A stretch of DNA of 35,082 nucleotides from the NCBI GenBank assembly GCA_007136585.1, contig SLGR01000092.1, positions 1 to 35,082 on the forward strand. Direction: 5' to 3'. Shown here in pieces: positions 27,563 to 35,082 of the stretch. Position numbers and translations under genes: made by a program. The stretch is from Candidatus Sumerlaeota bacterium (lineage in GTDB: Bacteria; CG03; SLGR01). Every line of letters begins with the position of its first letter. Position 1 is the stretch's first letter. The notes below the pieces were generated by a model, which did not search any database, was not told the DNA's origin, and saw nothing but the letters and a program-made list of their open reading frames with translations.

Positions 27563-28661
27563 AGAATTCTCTTATTTTACCTGTAATATACTCTACCTGA
27601 GATTCGCTTAACTCCGGGCAGATCGGAAGTGAGAGACACCGGCGGGAAATCTCCTCGGAAACAGGAAAATCACCTTCGGAGTAGCCCGAATCAGAGAAAG
27701 AAGGCTGCATATGAAGAGCTACGGGATAATGGATTGCGGTAGCTATACCTGAATCAGCAAGCTTCTTCATCAGCTTTTCCCTATCATCTGCCAGGATCAC
27801 ATACTGGTGGAAGACATGTTCAGCATACTCAGGCACCTCGGGAAGTGCAAGGGGAAGACCTTTCAGTCTTTCATTGTAAAGCCCGGCGATCCTGCGTCTT
27901 TTTTCGTTCCACGTGTCTAAATAACGGAGCTTTATTCTGAGTACAGCTGCCTGAAGGGTGTCCATACGGTAATTATACCCTACTTCGGTGTGATAATATC
28001 TTTTATCTGAACCATGGTTTCCCAGACGCCGCAGAAGCTGCGCGGTCTCATCAGAGTCACATACAACACATCCCGCATCACCGTAAGCGCCAAGGTTCTT
28101 TCCAGGATAAAAAGAAAAGCACGCTATATCGCCCAATGAACCCGACTTCCTGCCCTTGTAAAGCGCGCCGTGAGACTGCGCGCAATCCTCTATTACAGCA
28201 AGTCCCGCTTTCCGGGAAGATTCAAGTATGGGGTCCATATCCGCAGAACACCCGTAAAGCTGAACAGGCATAACAGCAGCTGTTTCCGGGGAAATATTTT
28301 TTTCTAATTCTTCCGCATCCAGGCAGTAAGTCCGTTTTTCTATATCAATCCATTTTATTTTTCCCCCTGCATGAATAACGGCCTCGGCCGTGGCTATAAA
28401 GGTAAAAGGGGTCGTAATTACTTCCCTGCCCCTGACCCCGGAAGCCTCCAGCGCAAGGTGCAGTGCCGAGGTGCCGGAAGAGACCGCTACCGCATGTTTC
28501 CGGGCGCAGTAAACAGCAAACTCCTCCTCGAATTTTTCCACCTCTTCTCCGAGTATAAAGCTTCCCTTACGGCATAACTGTTTCCATTTTTCGGATACTT
28601 CTCCCTCAAGGCGCTTATACTGCGCCTGCAGGTTAACCATTGGTATGTTCTGAGTTTTCAT
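27555..28661 (-). CDS. DegT/DnrJ/EryC1-family PLP-dependent sugar aminotransferase, candidate UDP-3-keto-GlcNAc transaminase (GnnB-like)
   Basis: 368 aa. Matching motifs: VNLQAQYKRL, VSSGTSALHLAL, and FSFYPGKNLGAYGDAG (the PLP lysine context). It is the first gene of the lpx-containing run. Confidence 0.65.
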   Translation of the reverse strand: MKTQNIPMVNLQAQYKRLEGEVSEKWKQLCRKGSFILGEEVEKFEEEFAVYCARKHAVAVSSGTSALHLALEASGVRGREVITTPFTFIATAEAVIHAGGKIKWIDIEKRTYCLDAEELEKNISPETAAVMPVQLYGCSADMDPILESSRKAGLAVIEDCAQSHGALYKGRKSGSLGDIACFSFYPGKNLGAYGDAGCVVCDSDETAQLLRRLGNHGSDKRYYHTEVGYNYRMDTLQAAVLRIKLRYLDTWNEKRRRIAGLYNERLKGLPLALPEVPEYAEHVFHQYVILADDREKLMKKLADSGIATAIHYPVALHMQPSFSDSGYSEGDFPVSEEISRRCLSLPICPELSESQVEYITGKIREFYG

Positions 28662-28870
28662 TTGATGGTTATGTTAGAAAATTATAATACTACTGTCAAT
28701 TAAGCCGGGAAAAGCTTTTATAGCGCATAGACAGAGACAAGTCTCCGGGACGCTTCCGGCCGTATACCCGGAACCCCGGAACTTTTTTATACCACTTTGC
28801 AACTCTGCCTTTATGAACTTATCCGATAAACCTTACCCCTTTCCTGCTGCGCGGATCCTTCCTGAAAAAC

Positions 28871-28899
28871 TTGAATAAAGACCCTCTGCGTGTTATTAT
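28871..28899 (+). promoter_or_regulatory. Sigma70-like promoter candidate directly abutting the PilB/GspE-like start codon
   Basis: TTGAAT (28871-28876), an exactly 17-nt spacer, then TATTAT (28894-28899). The ATG at 28912 is only 12 nt past the -10 element, and no SD lies between them. Confidence 0.4.
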
Positions 28900-28911
28900 T
28901 ACGTGAACGCT

Positions 28912-30720
28912 ATGAAAATACCAAGTATTAAAGACCTGACTGACAATATGGTGGATGTCGGCTTAATCACAGCCGGACAACTTGATAAGGCCAAGAAAAA
29001 AGCCCAGGAAACAGGTGGAAACCTTGGGGACATATTAATATCCGAGGGATACATAACCGAAGATGTTTTTATGGCTTTCCTGGGTAAAAAATCGGATATA
29101 TCCTATGTTGACCTCTCTGATTACGGCGATATAAGCCCGGGAGTTCTTTCGGCCGTACCCGAAAGTTTTGCCAGAAAAAAAACCCTTATACCCGTGAAAA
29201 AGAAAGATAAGGTTCTCACTGTTGCCATTGCCGACCCTATGAACGTATTTGCCATCGATGACCTGCGCGCCCTGACAGGACTTAATATTGAGATAGTCCT
29301 TTCTGTAAGGGATGATATTAAAAGAGCCCTGGATAAATTTTACGGTTCCGGTTTCATAGAAGACCTTGAAAATGACACACAGGAAACCCAGGATATGCCA
29401 AAACAGGATATAGATACTTCAGAAGCTTTCTCCTCCATAATCAGTGAGATATCCAATGCAGATAATGAACTTGAGGTAGTTGCAGCAGAAAAAGACAGCG
29501 ACCTCCAGGATATTACCCGGATACGCAGGGAATCGGAAGGGGCCCCGGTGGTTAAAATGGTTAACCTTCTTATTCTTAACGCCATAAAAAAAGGGGCATC
29601 CGATATACATATAGAACCCTTTGAGAAACACTGCCGGATACGGTACCGTGTTGACGGCGTGCTTCACCTGCAGCCGGCCCCGCCCAGAAAAATTTTCAAT
29701 TCCATCGTAGCCCGGCTTAAAGTAATGGCATCCCTGGATGTTGCTGAGAAGCGCAGACCTCAGGACGGAAGGATAAAAGTAAAGATAGGGAAAAAGGAAA
29801 TAGACCTTAGAACCTCGTTCCTACCCTCCACTCACGGAGAAAAAGTTGTAATGAGAATCCTGGACTCCTCCAGTCTATGCCTTGACCTTACCCAACTGGG
29901 TTTTGATAAACAGGAAATGGTGAAATTTAACGATATCATAAACGCCCCAAACGGAATAATACTTGTAACGGGCCCCACAGGGAGCGGAAAAACAACTACA
30001 CTCTACTCAACCCTGACAGCGCTGAACCGCCCCGACGTAAACATAAATACAATAGAAGATCCGGTTGAATATATGCTTAAGGGTGTAATACAGGTCCAGG
30101 CGCGCCCTGATATTGATCTTACTTTTGCGGCAGGTCTGAGAACTTTTCTTAGACAGGACCCCGATATAATAATGGTAGGTGAGATAAGGGACACCGAAAC
30201 TGCGCAGATATCAATTAACGCTGCGCTTACGGGCCACCTTGTCCTCTCCACCCTTCATACCAACGACGCCCCCAGCGCCGTTACCAGGCTTGATAATATG
30301 GGTATAGAGGCCTACCATATATCATCTACAGTTATACTCTCGCTGGCCCAGCGCCTTGTAAGAAAGGTCTGCCCTAAATGCAAGGCTCCGTACGAAGTAG
30401 ATGTAGAAGCGCTCTCATCATACGGTCTCAATCCGAAAGAGATAGAAACTTCAGACGGTAAAGTGACGCTTTTTAAAGGCAGCGGTTGCTCGGCCTGCTC
30501 TGATTCGGGTTATAAAGGCCGTATAGGAATTTACGAAATGATGGTACTTTCTGAAGAGATAAAAAAACTGATAAACCTGAGAGCTCCCACCAATGAACTT
30601 AAAAACCAGGCCCGAAAGGAAGGGATGCGCACCCTAAGGGAGTCCTGCCTGAAAAAAGTGCTCGACGGTAAAACAACTGTGGATGAGATGCTCCGGGTGA
30701 CAGCCGGGGATACAGGATAA
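28912..30720 (+). CDS. Type II secretion / type IV pilus assembly ATPase (GspE/PilB family) with N-terminal T2SSE_N (MshEN-like) domain
   Basis: Walker A GPTGSGKTTT, Asp box, Walker B DPDIIMVGEIRD, His box GHLVLSTLHTNDA, and a tetracysteine motif CPKC...CSAC. The track starts at the GTG at 28903, but the in-frame ATG at 28912 fits the promoter geometry better. It is the only plus-strand gene in the window. Confidence 0.85.
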   Translation: MKIPSIKDLTDNMVDVGLITAGQLDKAKKKAQETGGNLGDILISEGYITEDVFMAFLGKKSDISYVDLSDYGDISPGVLSAVPESFARKKTLIPVKKKDKVLTVAIADPMNVFAIDDLRALTGLNIEIVLSVRDDIKRALDKFYGSGFIEDLENDTQETQDMPKQDIDTSEAFSSIISEISNADNELEVVAAEKDSDLQDITRIRRESEGAPVVKMVNLLILNAIKKGASDIHIEPFEKHCRIRYRVDGVLHLQPAPPRKIFNSIVARLKVMASLDVAEKRRPQDGRIKVKIGKKEIDLRTSFLPSTHGEKVVMRILDSSSLCLDLTQLGFDKQEMVKFNDIINAPNGIILVTGPTGSGKTTTLYSTLTALNRPDVNINTIEDPVEYMLKGVIQVQARPDIDLTFAAGLRTFLRQDPDIIMVGEIRDTETAQISINAALTGHLVLSTLHTNDAPSAVTRLDNMGIEAYHISSTVILSLAQRLVRKVCPKCKAPYEVDVEALSSYGLNPKEIETSDGKVTLFKGSGCSACSDSGYKGRIGIYEMMVLSEEIKKLINLRAPTNELKNQARKEGMRTLRESCLKKVLDGKTTVDEMLRVTAGDTG

Positions 30721-30727
30721 GACCGGC

Positions 30728-31474
30728 TTACTGAACTTCCTCCATATCTTCCGAAGATATATCAAAATTAGCAAAAACCTGCTGGACATCATCATTTTCC
30801 TCAAGGCTTTCCATAAGTCTGAGCATATCTTTTGCCTCTCTTCCTGAAAGCTTTATGAATGTGCTGGGAATCATTGTGATTTCTGCGGTATCCGCCTCAA
30901 CGAACTCAGATATCCCGCGGCTTACCTGGGAAAACTTTTCCGGCTCAGAAAGTATTTCATAGTAATTCTTTTCATCGGTCTTTAAATCTTCAATATCCAG
31001 GTCAATCACTTTCTCCAGAAGTTCCTCTTCCGGGATTTTTTCCTTTCCCACTGATATATAACCCTTTTTCTGAAACATCCAGCTTACACAACCGGTCTCA
31101 CCCAGGTTGCCGCCGTGATCCGAGAAAATTCTTCTCATCTGTGAGGCGGTTCTATTCTTGTTATCGGTAGCGGCGTTAACCATAATAGCCACGCCTCCGG
31201 GCCCGTACCCCTCGTAAGTCACCTCAACATAACTTACACCCGGAAGCTCTCCTGTGCCTCTCTTTATGGCTTTTTCTATATTATCCTTAGGCATATTTGC
31301 CTCGGAGGCTTTCTCTACGGCAAGTCTGAGGCGGGCGTTCATGGCAGGATCACCGCCTCCCTGCCTGGCGGAAACGGTTATCTCCCGGACAAGGCGGGAA
31401 AATACCTGCCCTTTTTTCTTATCTTCCTTTGCTTTCTGGTGTTTTATACTATGCCACTTTGAATGGCCTGACAT
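30728..31474 (-). CDS. yebC: YebC/PmpR-family transcriptional regulator
   Basis: 248 aa. The N-terminus MSGHSKWHSIKHQKAKEDKKKG is diagnostic of the family. Confidence 0.95.
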   Translation of the reverse strand: MSGHSKWHSIKHQKAKEDKKKGQVFSRLVREITVSARQGGGDPAMNARLRLAVEKASEANMPKDNIEKAIKRGTGELPGVSYVEVTYEGYGPGGVAIMVNAATDNKNRTASQMRRIFSDHGGNLGETGCVSWMFQKKGYISVGKEKIPEEELLEKVIDLDIEDLKTDEKNYYEILSEPEKFSQVSRGISEFVEADTAEITMIPSTFIKLSGREAKDMLRLMESLEENDDVQQVFANFDISSEDMEEVQ

Positions 31475-31493
31475 ATTTTATTACCTCAATCTA

Positions 31494-33530
31494 TCAGCGC
31501 CCCTGCTCACGCTCCTGCTCGTAGGCCGCTATAAGTCTCTGCTGAACATCCGCGGGGGCTTCCTCATAATGATCAAACTCAACCGTATACTCTCCCTCGC
31601 CGCTTGTCATTGACCTGAGATCCTCGGCATAGGTTGTAAGCTGCTCCTTCGGGATAAGGGCGTTTACAACCTGCCCCCCGTCTTCGGGACTCATCCCCAG
31701 GACCCTCCCGCGGCGGGCGTTAAGATCTCCCATGACGGCACCCGTATAATCATTGCTTACCTTGATGGCTACTTTCATGATAGGCTCAAGAATATAGGTT
31801 CCGGACTCTTTCATTGCATTCTGAAAAGCCATACTTCCGGCTATCTGAAAAGCCATATCAGAGGAATCAACATCATGGTAGGAACCGTCAAATACAGTTA
31901 CCTTTATATCCACGACAGGATAACCCGCGACAACCCCTTTGCTCATAGCGTCAACCACCCCTTTTTCTATGGAAGGTATGTATGTTGACGGGATACGGCC
32001 TCCTACAACCTCATTCCCAAACTCAAAACCGGAGCCCCGCTCGTTGGGCTCAAGGCGTATAATGCAGTCACCGTACTGTCCGCGTCCTCCTGTCTGCTTC
32101 TTATACTTGCCCTGAACACTCTCAACCTTTTTCCTTGCAGTTTCCTTATAGGCTATCTTGGGCGGAGCAAGCTCAATCTCAGCGGCATACCTGTTCTTTA
32201 CATATTTTACCAGAAGCTCAAGCTGGAGGGTCCCGATCCCTTTTAAGACCATTTCCTTGGTTTCGGAATTGAACCCGAAATCCAAAGTGGGATCCTCCCT
32301 TGTAATGGCAGAAAACGCGCTTGCTACTTTTTCTTCATCTCCCTTTGTCTTAGGATATACCCCCCGCTCTACAACAGGAGAAGGGAAATTTATTTCTTTG
32401 ACAGGCTCAGCATTCTGGTTTAAGCTCAGAGTATCGTTAATCTGAATTCCGTCAAGCTTGACAAGCGAGCATATATCACCGCATTTCACCTCATCAACAT
32501 TAAAATTTTCACTGCCGCGTTTTACAGTTATCTGGTTTATCCTGTTCTTATCCTTGCTCCTGACATTATATACAGTCTCTCCCGCTTCCAGGGATCCGGC
32601 GTAGGTTTTTATGTAACTTATCTGCCCTACATGTTTCTGTGATTCAACTTTAAAAATAAGCGCCTTAAACTCTCCGGAAGGTTCTATTGGTCTCTCCTCA
32701 GAAACTGCGCTTAAAGGCGAAGGAGCATAATTCACCGCAAACTTAACAAGTTCATCAGCCCCTTTTGAATTTATGGAAGAACCGCATAAGACCGGAACGA
32801 TATCACCCTGATTGAGGCCCTTACTAAGTCCTTTCTTTATATCTTCGGGAGTCAGGGCCCCTTCCTCTAAAAATTTTTCCACCAGCGCCTCATCCACAGA
32901 AGCCACTGAATCCATCAGGCTTTCCGTCAGGCCTTCTGAGCTCTCCTTAAGATCACCTGGCACCTCAGTATTCTTTCCGTCAACTACCGCATCTGATTCA
33001 ATAAGCCGTATAATTCCCTTAAAATCCTCAGCCTTCCCTACAGGAGCTGTTACCGGAGCCATATTCGGACTAAGCTCTTTAAGCTTTTCTATTACCTGAC
33101 TGTACTCAAGAGGCGAGTTATCCATAAAGTTAACATAAACTATTACAGCTTTTTTCCGTCTGCTGGCTTCTCTCCAGATCTTCTTCGCGGTTACATCAAT
33201 CGGATCATGAGGGTTTATTACAAGAAGAACCGTTTCACAAACTTCAATGGCGCTTATAACGTTACCGTAAAAATCAGCATACCCCGGTGTGTCTATTAAA
33301 TTAATTTTGTTTCCGGATACTTCAAATGATACAATTGAGGAATTAACGGAGGAAGACCTGTCTTTTTCAATAGGTTCGTAGTCAGAAACAGTATTTCCTT
33401 CCTCAACAAGACCGAGCCGGTTTGTAACCTTTTGCGAGAAAAGAATGCTTTCCGTAAGCTGAGTTTTCCCTGAACCGCTTGCTCCGCATACCGCAATATT
33501 CCTTACCTGCCCGGTATCATAAACTTTCAT
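31494..33530 (-). CDS. Elongation factor G-like translational GTPase paralogue with non-canonical G motifs
   Basis: 678 aa with the EF-G five-domain layout: a G domain, domain II (GQISYIKTYAGSLEAG), domain IV, and domain V (EPIMKVAIKVSNDYTGAVMGDLNARRG). G1 is GASGSGKT rather than AHxDxGKT, G3 is DTPGYADF rather than DTPGHVDF, and G4 is NFMD rather than NKMD. A strong SD (AGGAGGAG) precedes the start. Confidence 0.8.
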   Translation of the reverse strand: MKVYDTGQVRNIAVCGASGSGKTQLTESILFSQKVTNRLGLVEEGNTVSDYEPIEKDRSSSVNSSIVSFEVSGNKINLIDTPGYADFYGNVISAIEVCETVLLVINPHDPIDVTAKKIWREASRRKKAVIVYVNFMDNSPLEYSQVIEKLKELSPNMAPVTAPVGKAEDFKGIIRLIESDAVVDGKNTEVPGDLKESSEGLTESLMDSVASVDEALVEKFLEEGALTPEDIKKGLSKGLNQGDIVPVLCGSSINSKGADELVKFAVNYAPSPLSAVSEERPIEPSGEFKALIFKVESQKHVGQISYIKTYAGSLEAGETVYNVRSKDKNRINQITVKRGSENFNVDEVKCGDICSLVKLDGIQINDTLSLNQNAEPVKEINFPSPVVERGVYPKTKGDEEKVASAFSAITREDPTLDFGFNSETKEMVLKGIGTLQLELLVKYVKNRYAAEIELAPPKIAYKETARKKVESVQGKYKKQTGGRGQYGDCIIRLEPNERGSGFEFGNEVVGGRIPSTYIPSIEKGVVDAMSKGVVAGYPVVDIKVTVFDGSYHDVDSSDMAFQIAGSMAFQNAMKESGTYILEPIMKVAIKVSNDYTGAVMGDLNARRGRVLGMSPEDGGQVVNALIPKEQLTTYAEDLRSMTSGEGEYTVEFDHYEEAPADVQQRLIAAYEQEREQGR

Positions 33531-33642
33531 GTCTCCTCCTCTTATTATGCCTTCTCTTCCCTAAATAACAGCCCTTAGAATCAGGATTTCCTCAACTGAG
33601 GAAACCGGGGCGATTAAGTTTTTCATTGTAAAAATTTTCAGA

Positions 33643-34326
33643 TTAAAATGCAACGGCAACGGAAAAATTAATTCCCGTAAGATCAAGAAAGAGGGATTCC
33701 GCCTGTAGGATCAGGTTCCTTAAGAGAGAGAGGCTAACCCCGGCATACGGATAAAAACCGCTTCTGAAGTTATCCGTCTCATCTCCGGAGAACTCTTCCG
33801 TGTACCTCTCGTAATAGTTAAAGAGAGCCGCCCCGGAAAACAACCGGAGGACTCCTAATTCCCGGGATACGGAAACCCCGAGTTGCACCCCCCATAACAA
33901 GGCGCTTATATCAATATCCTCCCCATTGAAATCAGTTAGGGAGTATTTTTCGGCGGATGCTCCTATATGCCACTGCCAGAGCGGGGAAACAACCAGATCA
34001 CCGCCTATACGTCCGCTTACCGAGGCTCTTATCCCCGGACCCATATCGGATGTCTCTCTTGACTCCACATCTATATCTCCCCCGGTGAGACTTAGAGCGT
34101 AGGTTCTGCCTGCGGGAGACTTACGGGTTATCCCGGCGGATATCTTTCTGGCGGATATCTCTTTTTCATAGCCATGAAAAAAAGATGTTTCTCTTGTATA
34201 GTAAGTGTAGGAAAACTCAGTTCTGAATCTCTCAAAGGCCGGGTACTCAGGGAAAATGCTCAAAATACCGGAATATACCGGTATATTGCAGACAAAAAGT
34301 AATATTACAAGAATTGCGGATTTCAT
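33643..34326 (-). CDS. Hypothetical small outer-membrane beta-barrel-like protein
   Basis: 227 aa from ATG 34326. Signal peptide MKSAILVILLFVCNIPVYS, alternating strand pattern, and a C-terminus ...INFSVAVAF ending in Phe. The track ORF extends to 34464, but that extension is the 5S rRNA gene read as protein. Confidence 0.5.
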   Translation of the reverse strand: MKSAILVILLFVCNIPVYSGILSIFPEYPAFERFRTEFSYTYYTRETSFFHGYEKEISARKISAGITRKSPAGRTYALSLTGGDIDVESRETSDMGPGIRASVSGRIGGDLVVSPLWQWHIGASAEKYSLTDFNGEDIDISALLWGVQLGVSVSRELGVLRLFSGAALFNYYERYTEEFSGDETDNFRSGFYPYAGVSLSLLRNLILQAESLFLDLTGINFSVAVAF

Positions 34327-34336
34327 TAAAAAGTAA

Positions 34337-34453
<117 letters not shown>

Positions 34454-34496
34454 AAAGGATACAAGTAAAACTATAAGCCATAGTTTCTAAAGATAT

Positions 34497-35082
<586 letters not shown>

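Noticed and set aside
28927-29070. A possible c-di-GMP-binding MshEN motif in the N-terminal domain of the PilB/GspE-like protein.
   Set aside because: As I recall it, the tandem 24-residue motif is RLGxxLLxxGLLxxxxLxxxLxxQ. The hydrophobic and Gly positions are partly matched here (DLTDNMVDVGLITAGQLDKAKKKAQ and NLGDILISEGYITEDVFMAFLGKK). However, the leading Arg of both repeats is replaced (by D and N), as is the Gly of the first repeat. I therefore do not claim c-di-GMP binding.

Overview
This 35-kb window comes from a diderm (Gram-negative-type) bacterium. All predicted genes but one lie on the minus strand. All calls below come from motif and architecture recognition by eye; no searches were run.

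Gene content, in order of transcription (high to low coordinates):
- 34497-35082: the 3' end of a 23S rRNA, followed by a 5S rRNA.
- 30728-34326: a small outer-membrane (OM) beta-barrel-like gene, a divergent EF-G-like GTPase and yebC.
- 28912-30720: one plus-strand orphan PilB/GspE-type ATPase.
- 15238-28661: a long OM/LPS-biogenesis run, gnnB-like, gnnA-like, lpxB, hldD, tRNA-Glu(UUC), a PP-loop thiolase-like gene, tRNA-Val(UAC), bamA, skp, lpxD, lpxC-fabZ fusion, lpxA, msbA-like, tRNA-Glu(CUC).
- 10607-15210: bioY, a DUF456 gene and an Opp/Dpp-type ABC importer (BCDF) with no cognate binding protein.
- 5846-10441: two orphan substrate-binding proteins, a porin and a PiT phosphate transporter.
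- 41-5800: a tightly overlapped six-gene operon of gamma-CA-like, OM-barrel-TPR, TPR/TM/HEAT, PHP (RNase AM-like), CBS and CPA2 antiporter genes.

The region is mostly housekeeping. I see no CRISPR array, transposase, integrase, phage gene or recognisable defence system.

The items I consider most worth a second look:
1. An uncharacterised, translationally coupled pair (OM barrel with a TPR tail, plus a bitopic TPR/coiled-coil/HEAT protein) that looks like a trans-envelope module.
2. An EF-G paralogue whose catalytic His and NKxD Lys are replaced.
3. An ~84-nt, three-hairpin insertion in the 3' domain of 23S rRNA.
4. A CxxC...C PP-loop tRNA-thiolase-like gene wedged 14 nt and 1 nt from two tRNA genes inside the LPS operon.
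5. Two transporter genes whose conserved N-termini have no ATG/GTG/TTG start, with a strong Shine-Dalgarno (SD) sequence placed before CTG or ATC instead.
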